A stretch of DNA of 64,000 nt from Lama glama (taxonomy: Eukaryota): contig CM052817.1 of assembly GCA_028534125.1 (NCBI GenBank), positions 62,064,001-62,128,000 of the forward strand, given 5' to 3'. Below, one piece after another: positions 25,378 to 37,210 of this stretch; position 1 is the stretch's first letter; each line of letters starts with the position of its first letter. The notes beneath the pieces are model-generated. The model ran no database searches and had not been told where the DNA came from. It was given only the letters and a program-made list of their open reading frames with translations. The position numbers were made by a program, and so were the translations under genes.

Positions 25378-26355
25378 TTAATAGATTATTATTTAGAGCC
25401 GTTTTAGGTTCCCAGCAAAACTGAAAGGAACAGAAATTTCCCATATACTTCCTGCTCCCATACATGCATAGCCTCCCCTATTATCGCTATCCCCAACCAG
25501 ATTGGTACATTTTTTACAGTTGATGAGCCTACATTGACACATCACCAACCAAAGTCCACAGTGCACATGAAGGCTCACTGTTGGTGTTGTACAGTCTATG
25601 GATTTGGATAAATGTATAATGATATGTATCCACCAGTATAGTCTCATACAGAGTGGTTTCACAGCCCTAAAAACCCTCTGTTCTCTACCCGTTCATCCCT
25701 CCCCTCCCCAGCAGCCACTGATTTTTTATAACTGTCTCTGTAGTTGTGCCTTTTCCTGAATGTCATATAGTTGAAATCATAGAGTATGTAGCCTTTTCAG
25801 ATTGACATCTTTCATTTAGTAATATGATTCCTCCGTATCTTTTTTCATGACTTGACAGCTCATTTTTTTTCACCACTGAATAATATTCTGTTGTCTGGAT
25901 GGAATAAAGTTTATTTATCCATTCACCTACTGAAGGACATCTTGGTTGCTTCCAAGTGTTGGCAATTATGAATAAAGTTGTTATAAACATCCATGTTTTT
26001 GTGTGGATGTAATTCTTCATCTCCTTTGGGTAAATATCAAGCAGTGCAATGGCTATATCGTATGGTAAGAGGATGTTCTGTTTTGTGAAAAAGTGCTAAA
26101 CTGCCTTCCACGTGGCTGTACCATTTTGCTTTCCCACTGGCAGTAGATGAGAGTTCCTCTTGTTCCACATTCTTGCCAGCACTGGTGGTGTCAGTGTTCT
26201 GAATGTTGGCCATTCTAATAGGTTTGGAATGGTATCTCATTGAGTCAATCTGCATTTCCCTGATGACATTTGATATGGAGTATCTTTTCATTTGCTTACT
26301 TGCCATCTATATATTTCCTTGGTGAGGTGTCTATTAACGTTCACTGCCCTTTTGA
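25378..26355 (-). mobile_element. L1MC1-like LINE-1 3' end (3' UTR plus ORF2 C-terminus)
   Basis: gttttaggttcccagcaaaactga...tgatgagcctacattgacacatca...; ORF 25763..26020 (WKQPRCPSVGEWINKL...EYYSVVK) matches the L1 ORF2 C-terminus. Confidence 0.9.
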
Positions 26356-26398
26356 ATTGTCACTTTAAGTGACGTTTTCTTGACAGATGTTTGGTGAC

Positions 26399-26843
26399 TG
26401 TAGTGGGCTGAATGGTGGCTCCCAACAAGATCATGTCCACACAGGAATCTCCAGAACAGGTGAATGTTATCTTATTTGGCAAAAGGGTCTTTGAAGATGT
26501 AATTAAATTAAGGATTTTGAGATCCTGAATAATCCAGTTGGGCCCTAAATCCAGTGATAAGTGAACTTAAAAGAGACCTACAGAGAAGACAGACAAAGAG
26601 AGAAAGTGATGTGAAGACAGAAGCAGGGACTGAAGTGATGCAGCCAGAAGCCCAGGAATGCGGAGCGGCCACCAGAAGCTGGATGAGCCAAGGAACGGAT
26701 TTTCCTCTAGAGCCCCCAGAGGGAGTGTGGCTCTGCTGGATTTCAGGCTTCTAGCCTCCAGAACCATAAGACAATAAATTTCTGTTGTTTTAAGCCACAA
26801 ATTTCATAGTAATTTATTGTGGCAGCCCTAGGAATCTAACATA
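26399..26843 (+). mobile_element. MLT1C-type MaLR solo LTR with an intact 5-bp TSD
   Basis: tgtagtgggctgaatggtgg start; cttatttggcaaaagggtctttg; aataaatttctgttgttttaagccac; TSD gtgac at 26394-26398 and 26844-26848. Confidence 0.92.
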
Positions 26844-27526
26844 GTGACCAAAGGGATTTCTCTGTCTCTACACTCAAAGAGTAGACTCAAGAATCTGACA
26901 GAGCAATAAGGTGAGGAAAGGCTATCTGCCATGCGGTGTTTTTCTAGTTCACAAATACCCCATGGAATGGATGCGGGGAGGTAGCCTTTTAGACACTAAC
27001 GTCATTTCATGCAGAGGACACCATTGTCTAGGATCAGCAAGGCTGTAGCTATAAAAAGGGGCATGTCATTCACTCCCTGCCATTCCTGGAATTGCCTTGT
27101 ACAGAACATTCCCCTGAGTTTTTCCAGCTAAATTTTAATTCACTCAAGCCCCAGAGCTCCCCCCTCTTCCCTCAGGAGGCTGCTATCTCTCAGCTTGAGA
27201 AGTTTCATAGGCAGAGACAGGAGAAAGGATACTGAAGAAAGAAGGGGCTCTCCACTGTGTAACTCTATACCACGGAACTATCAAGGGGTTTCACAAGTTT
27301 ATTCTCATAATGAAAGGAGAACCCAAGCAAATGGGAAAGCCTACGTTTTTTCACTCTCTTCTCCCTCCTCTATTCTGCCCTCTCTGGACTATGATCTCCT
27401 TAAACGCAGCAGGTCTTAGTTTTATCTCTGCTTATAGCACCAAGTACGGTATCTGGGTCATATTTTTTGAATATAAAGTTTACGTACTTCCTCTGTGCTG
27501 CATTTTCACAACAGTGTCTCCTCATG

Positions 27527-27708
27527 CCTGGTTTTCAAGCCTGGCTGTACATTAGCATTACTAGTGAGTTTAAAACAAACAGATAAAGAAAAAGCTATGC
27601 CCTGTTCCCAATTCAATCTTCCTCTCTCAGGGTGGGGCCAGGAAATAGGTATTTCCAAAAATCCCCCACTGGGGATTGTCAAAAGCAGTCAGGGTTGACA
27701 GCAAATGC
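27527..27708. mobile_element. MER5B/MER5A-like hAT MITE, degraded
   Basis: tggttttcaagcctggctgtacattagcatta...gggtggggccaggaaataggtattt...gcagtcagggttgaca. Confidence 0.7.
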
Positions 27709-28864
27709 CCTAATAGCTCCTTGTTGCTCTTGGTTTCATTTTCTTGGAGATTTCTTCCAAAACAGTTTTTTTTTTTTTTAAATCAGGTTAAACCCTCAAT
27801 GAAATTAGGAATGAATCTGAGACTTCCCTAACGTGAACTGCTTTTCACTGCAAGATATTATACTTCCTACACGCTGTGCTTGCTTTTTTGCCAGACCTTG
27901 ATATTATGCTAATTGTTGCTCTCACGGTATACAAGCTGGTTTTGTATCTCCAAATTTCAGAGGAATTGACAAGAGCGGTTATTTCTACAGGCATCCTCAA
28001 GAGGGCTCTGAGAATCCCTAGCTAAGGGCTGACTCTGGATAGATGATACTTGGGGGCAAAGACTAACGAATCCAGACTGAGTCAAGGCCTCTCTCCTCAA
28101 GTTTTTGCATTAGATTATTTATTGATTATATTGTTTTCTAACTAAAAATTCTCTGTTGTGTTTTTGAAAATGCCTAAAAACAAGCAGGGTGAGGAGTGAG
28201 AAAGCAGTGGCAGAATTTTGAGCCAGTTGTTGGGAGAATACTGGATAGGAAGATTCAGTGATAGATTCAGAGCCTCAAATACAATAGATAACAATTCATG
28301 ACATCACAGAAAAAGAAGGGTAACAACCCGGGTCATTACTGCATAATGATCCATCAGGTTTATTTACATTTACCACAATAGGTACAGACACCAAAAAAAG
28401 AACATTCAAGTTTTGAGACCAAGACGTGCTCTTTAGGAAGATAACCCCCTTCTCTAAGCTGACATGGTTTTTTAAACTTCCTTAAGCAAGATGATCAACC
28501 CATTCATATTACACTCCGAAAATCTGTTTAGTATGTTCTTGTTCTTTGTTTTCATGGTTCTCCTTAAAGCCCTCACACATTTTAGCCAAAGGTTAGATTA
28601 AAAATACATTACAGCTTTTAACATTTGTCCTATTCTCACTTTGAAGTGGGCATATTAAAACTCTAAGCCACAGCATATGCACGGTTGCTGGGCACACGGC
28701 AAAATTGCTATAGCAACAAAATCACTGGTTTTGCTCCTGAAATGCCCTGTTTGGGCAGCAAGTCATCTAGATGAAGAATGGTCTTTGGATGCTTGTTTCT
28801 TATTGTAGCCTCAGTGTGAGCCCGGGGGTGGGTAGTATTTGATTTTCTCTTCTCAAAATTTGGG

Positions 28865-29009
28865 GGCAAGGGTATAACTCAGGGGAGAGGGTATAGCTCA
28901 AGTGGTGGAGCACATGCTTATCATGCACTAGGTCCTGGGTTTAATCCCCAGTACCTCCTCTAAAAATAAGATAAATAAGTAGAATCTAATTACCTCTCCC
29001 CTCCAAAAA
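28865..29009 (+). mobile_element. tRNA-Ala-derived camelid SINE (Vic-1 type) with a duplicated 5' head
   Basis: ggggagagggtatagctcaagtggtggagcacatgctta...ggtcctgggtttaatccccagtacctcc (A and B boxes), followed by the tail ctaattacctctcccctccaaaa; TSD aaaatttggg (28855-28864) / aaaatctggg (29010-29019). Confidence 0.88.
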
Positions 29010-31119
29010 AAAATCTGGGAAAACATACATAAACACACCCACACACATTACATATGTATGTACTTACATATCTATTTATATGCATATTCTTGACTACACT
29101 GTACTAATCAATGCTTTCATCTTAGCTGTAGGAAGAAAAAGGGGTAATGCATTACAAGTAACCTTGCCCTAAGTGTTAATTGGCAGGGGAAAATTCCTTT
29201 GTGTTCATTATATTGAAAACTCTCATAGTATATAATTTTAGAAAATTTCTGTTTTCCTCTAATGAAACACAGCTAGCTAAAACTGCATTGAAAGGTGTAA
29301 TATTTTCTTGGCTCTACTTTGCAATCATGTTCTGGGCTGTATCTGTTTAAAAAAAATACAGGTATTACATTTTTCTATCAGTGTGTAATTCAAACATTAA
29401 AAATCTTCCCCATGGCATATAACTAAATTAAAATCACAGCAGTTTTGCAAATATGGTGTAGTCAGGGTGTTTCAGAGTATGTGCAGAGTCCATAGCACTG
29501 ATATTTGCAAATATTGGAATTACAAAAACAAATGATGACAATAAAAACTTCAAGACAACGATATATTAGAAACAAAAGGAATCCAAATGTGTAGCCTAAA
29601 ATTTTTCAAGTATTCACTTCTGTTTTTAAGTTAGGAAAACAATGGAAACAAAAATCAAATTTATACACAGTAAGAGAGCCCAAATCACTCAGCTAGCCAA
29701 GACTATCTGCACGCTAGAATGGAATGAAAGCAACAACTAAAATCCAAATTCTGGGACTCTGATCCAACTACATTTTTGTAACTGCAGCTGGGATTACGGT
29801 GGCCGTGTTAACCCAGGTGTTTAAATGCTTAAAGTCAATGTGAAGTTAGGATAAATCAATTGTGAGCACTAATGAAGAAAAAGGAAAAGTATATATTTTG
29901 GGATAATTGACATTCTGTTATCAGTAACTGGTAACTACTTTCATGCCAAGTTATCAGATTGACTCAGTGGAAAAGCTTTAATGTACTACATGGATCCTTG
30001 CCAATTTTCTATTTTTATTTTGGGGTCAGACTCATACTGAAAAGAAAAATCGTTAGCTTCTAGTATTGAAAGAAGGACCTCTGAGAAGGAAATCAGATAA
30101 ATAATTGATTTATATTCCAGAATCATTTATCTTACTTGTCAGACAAATATCTTACAAATATAAGACTCTATTCTTGCAAAGGCAAAATTCTCATTGACTT
30201 TAAATAAAAAACGGAATGAAGTTCAAACAGAGCTTCCAAATTTTATACATCATTTACTAAAATTTAAACAAAGCTCACCTAACTTCCTTTTGAACATATT
30301 CACTCTATTAATCAGAATTGATTTTAAAGTAACTATTTTACATGGAGAATAACAATTGGTCTGATGTGTATATTTCATGTGTAACATAACTACTCTTGTA
30401 GAAGAGAAACTATAATTGGATCCAAATTTAAGTAAATTGTCTTGGCTAGCTGAGTGATTTGGGCTCTCTCACCTAATATCCCTTTGAAAGTGTATGAGCA
30501 GCATTTTCTAAATCATGTCCTGGTATAACAAATATCTAAAATTAGTAATAGGTCAGGAGGTGATCAGACCTATTTCCTAAGGTTCCATGTGATACACAAG
30601 TAGGACCAGTAAGTCATGATAATAGAAATTTAATTTAATGAGGAGCATACCAATAATTCATTGAGTAAAGAGTATTTTCATTTATTTAACTTAAAAAACA
30701 GAAGTGAATACTTGAAAAATTTTAGGCTACACATTTGGATTCCTTTTGTTTCTAATATATCGTCTTGAAGTTTTTATTGTCATCATTTATCCACTTACGT
30801 GTAAACGTTATGAGTTGAAGAGTCACCTCTGTGAATTCCGAAATCATGTCTGTCTTTTTCACTAGTTTTGTGCTTAACTTGGTATTGGGTACTTAGTGGG
30901 TGCTCTATAAATGTGCTGTATGAAGTAATGTTCCTTTATTATCACCTTTCCCCAAAGCCAGCTCTGTTAAAATCCTACTCCTTCTGAAAGAAGTATCTAA
31001 ATGCAATATCATGGATGAATCTTTTTATAAAACCCCAAGTCATAACATAAACATGTCCACATTACACTTATTTGTGCTTCCATTTTCATTATACTCACAA
31101 ATGGAAATGTCTATGTGTA

Positions 31120-31198
31120 TTATGTTAAACTATATGAAATTATCAATATTCAATTCTTTTTGAGGTACAGAATGGCAATTTCTTGTGATTCAGTATCA
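31120..31198. mobile_element. MADE2-like TcMar-Mariner MITE (~80 bp)
   Basis: TA-flanked imperfect palindrome ttatgttaaactatatgaaattatca...tggcaatttcttgtgattcagtatca. Confidence 0.75.
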
Positions 31199-31739
31199 TA
31201 TGTTATTTATGAAAGTTATATTCATATCTATATAATCTCTGTCTCTTCAGTTAGGTTGGAATGATATGGTATGGCCTATGTTTTGCAAAGCTTTGTCTTT
31301 TGTAAAGTTTATAAGCATTAAGTATGGGAGATGATGAATAAAAGTTTGTTCTGTGGGATTGTAGCCATTCATCTACGAAATTTGGGTAACTGAAATTTAG
31401 TGACACATATTGATGATGTTTTTATTTGGAATATTTTGTGAGTAGGTGATTTGAGGAATGCATAAGGCTCACCTCTTGCTATTTTGCCAAATGTTAAATA
31501 TCTTCATGAATATAAATAATAAAATTCTAAGCACTATCTTAATTATTACATTAAAGAATCACGAAGGGTCACATATGAAAAACCTGACACAAGGCAAGGA
31601 AGGCAGATGAAAGCATGAAAGATAAATATTTAGCAGACTTTCTTTCCTGAGAAAAGGGATGATTGTATCACATAGCTCTCTTCTAGTCTAACTTAGTTCT
31701 GCATTCAACAGTTACGGCAGAATTTAGGGAAACACTGGC

Positions 31740-31930
31740 TACAGGGCCAAGGGCAGAGGCTTTGGAATCAGAGTCCTGGGTTCATATCCTCGCTCTATCA
31801 ACTCCTAGCTATGTAACTGGGGCAGATTAGTTTCTTTATTCTGCTGAGCCTCAGTGTTTTCATCTGAAAAAGGAGAATCCCAAAATTATCTCCTAAGATT
31901 GCTGTGATGACTAAATGGCATTCAATATAA
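31740..31930 (+). mobile_element. MIR SINE
   Basis: ggctttggaatcagagtcctgggttcatatcctcgctct...ctgagcctcagtgttttcatctgaaaaagg. Confidence 0.85.
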
Positions 31931-33109
31931 AACTTGGAACCCTTTTATTGTTGTGTTCGTCCTATTGATAATATTCTGCTGATGTGAGAATAATGAAAGA
32001 TGATAAGGGAAAACCTAGGGATTTCTAGAACTTCAAAACAACCAAGGTTTTCTAAACTCCCTTGCTTCTTGATAGAGCAGAATATTTACTTTTCAATGGT
32101 GAATCTTAGGTACCATGGAAACAAGGGTGAAAACAACTTTAAGTAAATAGAAAGCAAGCAGTCAAGTCTGAGTTTTTCTTAAAAATGTAACCATAAAATT
32201 TTGAGCACTTCAAGATTTCTATGGACTTTTGGAGAAACATAGGTATTTGTTACTATATTATCAAATCAAGAGCTTTCGAACAATGAACATTTCTAACATA
32301 CGCTGCTTTCTGCTTTTCTGTTTCCTATATTACGTATTTGCCAGAAATGCACCTGTGGTTTAAATAATGGAAAAGCAAACAATAACAGTAATGAATGATC
32401 TTTAATCAGTACATTTTATGATCAATAGCATAGCTTTGCTCAGTGAGTATAAATAGTCACTTACTTAATATTTCAGAGCAAAGAGAGCACACTGAATACC
32501 TTCATACTTTCAAAGGAAGAATTTTATGAGTTGGAGAGAAACTTTTGTTCTTTTTTTGTTGTTGTTTTATTGTAGTTTTTCAATGAAAAAATCTCTCATG
32601 GAGATTTTACTGAATGCAGTTGATTTTTCTTAGTTGCAAGGCAATGTATCTGATTGCCACTTAACACACTTCCAGATATCATTACTCTGAGGTAGAGGTA
32701 TCTATAAAAACAAACTTGTTTGCAGTGACTTCTCCCCGTCCTACCATCTAAGAACCAATTTGATATTTTAAATGCCAAGAAAATTTCTCTGATTTGTAAT
32801 ATATTTCAAGACTTAATGTATTTGAACATTTCTTGATATTAAGAACCACTAAGGCCCACAACAAAACTACACTCAGATTATATTAAATAGAGAAGTGAGG
32901 ACCAAAGTTTTGGGTGAATTTAACTTCAGAGGAAAAAACCCCAAAACCAAGCGTGCAATTTCAATTCCATTCACAATTACCTGATCTCACAGGAAATCAA
33001 AGAACTCTAATACAAGAGTCCTACAAATCCCCTCGCTGACCCCAGCAGTTGTACAGATTGGAGATTTATGATAATAGGCAAAGAGATGCAATAAACTAGT
33101 TTGGGCTTT

Positions 33110-33994
33110 TAAAATTCAGCTTTCATTATCTATCATGAAAATAACACGTTCACAGGACTGAACAAAAATCAAACGATAAAAGAAGTCTCCTACCACCCCA
33201 GATTCTGAGCTGTCAACTGCTTGTTGTTTATTTCTCCAGAAAATACCAGTGCACAGACAAATATATGCGCATCCTCTTTCTTACTCAATAAGGATATATT
33301 GCATGCAATGTTCTGTACTTTGGTTTTTGCTTCAAATTTTATCAGAGAGATTTTTCTACAGCTTCATATGTGGAAAAACCTCATTGTTTTAAAAAGCAGC
33401 TAAGTATTCCATCCTAGAGATAAACAGCCCTCGATATAATAACTGCAACAAGGATGCAGTGGACAACGTTGTCTGCAGGTCTTTGTGCTCGCTGAGAATT
33501 TTATATTTAGACAGTTCCTAAACTTGCAGTTACAAAGTGAAGGAGTATATACATATAAATATTGATAGGTATTTTCAAATTGGTCTTCAAAAGAGATTGT
33601 ACCAATTTGCAACCTCATCAACAAAGTATGGAATACATCCTACCCAACCCCTTCATCAACACGGCATACTAACGCTGTTTTGATCTTGACATTTTCTAAA
33701 ATACATATTTACCATTTACGTTTCTTTTCCTACATCTCCATGTGCATGACTTGCTTGATTTTTTAGTGGGTTGCTGATCTTTTTCTTAAATATATTTTAA
33801 GAGCTAGTTATATATTAACTAAATCAGCCTTTTGATTAATATATGTCTGTCCCGTGGTTTTTGTGGTTTTCTTGCTTTGGATATTTAAATTTAATAATGC
33901 TTTCTTATAAGGTTTCTGGGTTTTGTCTTCATTAAAAGGGTTTTGATCACCACTGAAACCAACCAACCAATAAATTGCCAAAATTATCTCCTAG

Positions 33995-34027
<33 letters not shown>

Positions 34028-34890
34028 CGATGTTAGGCCCTAACATCGAGAATGTATTTCATTCTAAAGAATGAGCTAGAATCCAAGCTTTATTTATTTT
34101 TTAACTTTTCCAACTGCATACCTTGTGGGTTGAAAAGCTATGTTCACCACATTTAAACATTCCTTAGATGTTTATTCCCTGGTCCCTATTTTAGCTCATT
34201 AATCTGTGTGTCATTCTCTGCTAAGATTAAATTTTTAAAATTTCCTTAGTGTTATATTTATAAAGAGCTAAGATTCCCTTATTACACTACTATTTCAGAA
34301 TTCTTCCAGCTATTTTCACAAATTATTTTTCATACAATGTTGGTGCCTTTATGAATTCATTTATAAATAGCAAACATTAAAAAACATTGTCTTTCTATCC
34401 AAGAACAAAGTATGTCTTTCCACTTATTCAAGTTGTATTTTTTTAACCTCTCAGTAGATTTAAAAATTTTTTCTAAAATTCTGAAAATTTCTTATTAGCT
34501 TTGTATCTACATTTTTCATTTACATTGTTATTATAAATGTATATTCACATTTAATATCGATGTAAATGACATACTTTATTCCATTATAATTTGAATTGCC
34601 TATCTGCTGTACTTAGAAAAGTTGATGCGTTATGTATCTTTTATCAGCCACTCTGCTATATTGTCTTGATTTTTTTCAATTTTTTCCTTTGAAACTATGT
34701 AAGTTCTCCAGATCTACAAAATTATAATATTTGTCCAAATGATCATTTCCCACTTACTTTATAATTTTTATGTTTTTCAGTTATTTGTCTTATCTAATTG
34801 CATTGACTAGTATGTTAAGTGCAATTCCAAATAATGCTAGTAGTGGGCATCTCCATCTTTTTCCTAAATTTAAAGGTAATGCGTTCACCT
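33110..34890 (-). mobile_element. Ancient L1 (L1ME/L1MC type), heavily degraded
   Basis: ttgtaccaatttgcaacctcatcaacaaagtatg; ttgtctttctatccaagaaca; ttgtcttatctaattgcattgactag...agtgggcatc resemble reverse-complement L1 ORF2 and 3' UTR. Confidence 0.7.
33995..34032. repeat. (TGA)11 trinucleotide microsatellite plus one imperfect unit
   Basis: Read directly: 33995-34027 is a perfect array, followed by cgatg. Confidence 0.95.
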
Positions 34891-35972
34891 GGCTGCTAGC
34901 TTTCTCACATAATTTTGGATGAAAACAAAAGACAACAAAAGGTACACTGCATTCTACACCATCTATGAATCTTAGAACTGTGTAAGTTTTAGGGCTGTCA
35001 CATCTTTCCTTAGCTCTCATCTATCCCATCCTAAATGTTAATGAAAATATGCCATATATTTTCATTTATAGTTGCTTTAGGAAGTATTTCTAAACATTGG
35101 TGTATGCAATATTAGTTAACATTGTGTGGACATAATAAAAATACAATGCTTTATAAAAAGGAAATATCTTTTTAAAAAGAAAATAAAAATACACACACAC
35201 ATCTATATTACCAATATAGCATGATGCTGGTAGAGGTACTCAATATCAGAGCAGTTTTGTTTTTATTTATAATCTGCCTATATAAGCATTTTCATTAATT
35301 TAGTAAAGATAAGCCTAAGTATGTTTATAACTCTCATTTTAGTTTTGTGATTTCTTTTTCCTCTTTCTATTAAAATGTGTGTGTTTGAAGTCATTACAAA
35401 TAAATGAGCTGAAACAAATAAAACTCAATTCCCTCGAGATTTCGACGACATCTGGTGGAGTTATTACTGAGTAATTAGACCAAGAGGTGGGACAATTCCC
35501 TGAAGGAAGTGACTGTACAGTTGGATACCAGTTATTTCTACACTCATCATCTTGCATAGTGAGCATATTGATCCACAAACTGACAAACACTTAAGTAGAG
35601 CTGCCACCTGATTTTCTAAGACCATTTTTGGTAGGTAAGTATGTGTTTCACATGCTTTTTTAAAAGATGCCTCTTCTTGGTCCTCTTATAGTTTGTTCTA
35701 TTTCTTTATGTATCATCACCTAAGAGCTCTTTATTGTCAGAGACATTGAGTGCAGATCTCCTTCAGATGCTGGTCACTGCTTGCCCCTCCTCAGTCCAAC
35801 ATTTGGATACAGATATGAATTAATTACAATTGAATTTTGAAAACATGTTATCTATTTTGGTATGTAAAGATATTTATGAAAGAAAATAAAAATATTTAAA
35901 TGTTTTCACTTTTATCATATCTATCACTATTTAGCTTGGAAATATTGAATAGTAAAGTCTTAATATTACATC

Positions 35973-36170
35973 TGGAAGGGATCTGAAAGTTCAAATTGTT
36001 ATTCTCCCTGCTGGAGAGAAAAAAAAAAACCCTTAAACCATCTCAGAAAGATATACATCTTACTGATTTAAAATAACTCTAGGAGTTTCTACAACTATCT
36101 TAAGTTACCCACTGTGGAATAAAAATTTGCTGTCAAGAAAGTTTCCTTTATTGCCAATGTAAATCCCACA
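35973..36170 (-). mobile_element. L3/CR1 LINE fragment
   Basis: ggaagggatctgaaag...tttctacaact...ctgtcaagaaagtttcctttattgccaatgtaaatc resembles reverse-complement L3. Confidence 0.5.
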
Positions 36171-36910
36171 GTTTATGAAGATCTACTTCATATTCTATAT
36201 GCCTTTAGTATTTTACTGTTAAGGATATTTACACAGCAATAAAGTCAGGGGTTTTAATAATGCCAGAAGCAAAGATTCTCTGATCAAGACCCACTCAAGT
36301 GAAGGCTGCACTCGCCACTTCTTTTCCTGGATCCACAGTATCACTGTTCTTAATCACTCTCAATCTAACTTTTGCTAAGAGTTAGGTAATTAGGGTTCAT
36401 TTTTAGGTATAAATTAAAGGCACAGAATACTTTAAACCTACAATGTTTACAAATTGTTTAAAAATACACAAAGGGAAATTATGCATGTGAATTAACTTTT
36501 GACAGTCATGTAAACAAGTACCATTTATCCTTAGTTTACCATGTTCCCCAATCCCAGGATATTTACACCTGACACCAGACTAGACATACAAGTGAAATCC
36601 AGAGGCGTCTTTTACTAAATAAATAAATACCATAATTCAGTCTATTCATTCTCATCATCTATCTTCTTAAGCATAAATCATGCTTTAATTCTAGGTAGTC
36701 CAACTGGAATCAAGTCAAGTTATTCATCATATTGTACTTCTCAAATGCATGGAATGAGATCACTAAATGTTAACCAAACTGATTTAAAACTTTTTGCCAA
36801 AGGAGAGTTAACTCCATTTTCAATTTCAATAATTGAAAGAACAATAATGACAACATGCCAAAGGAATAAGTGAATCCTAAACAACAGTCCAAATGCAATG
36901 GAAAACTCAC

Positions 36911-37132
36911 CAGAGGTTTCATCTACTCTCTCATCTACTATGTGGTCCTTCTGATGAACCCATTCACTATTGCACTTGAAGTAGATCTGGGTGGCGGGGC
37001 TGGCTTTACAATACAGGTTCACAGGCTTATTCTTCACAATATAAGCTTCTTCAGGCTCAATAAGGAAATGTGGCAGAGGCTCAGGTGGATCAGACGGAAA
37101 GGTTTCTGGGAGTTCATGAAAAAAGTCATCGT
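36911..37132 (-). CDS. UNC5C: UNC5C (netrin receptor) coding exon 2, 222 bp, phase 1-1; N-terminal part of Ig domain 1
   Basis: Minus strand translates (D)[73 protein letters not shown](G), matching mammalian UNC5C as I recall it. Acceptor is tttttcactttctttgttttaccag (AG at 37134-37133); donor is G|gtgagt (GT at 36910-36909). Exon number is inferred from its position after the signal-peptide exon. Confidence 0.97.
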
Positions 37133-37210
37133 CTGGTAAAACAAAGAAAGTGAAAAATATTCAAAACATTGTAGCCATTTGCCTTTTAGTTGCTGTTCTT
37201 TTAAAAATAA

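Larger units (their letters stand above)
9629..36910 (-). other. UNC5C: UNC5C intron 2 (GT-AG, 27,282 bp)
   Basis: Canonical splice sites join the two exons in frame; no other UNC5C-like coding sequence seen between them. Confidence 0.93.

Noticed and set aside
28882..28958. tRNA-Ala gene
   Set aside because: The B box is mutated, the sequence continues into a SINE tail and A-run, and it is flanked by a TSD, so it is a SINE and not a tRNA gene.
36741..37139. ORF-track proteins 36741..37037 (-) and 36870..37139 (+) as stand-alone genes
   Set aside because: The first is exon 2 read through its donor site into the intron; the second is the antisense shadow of the exon.
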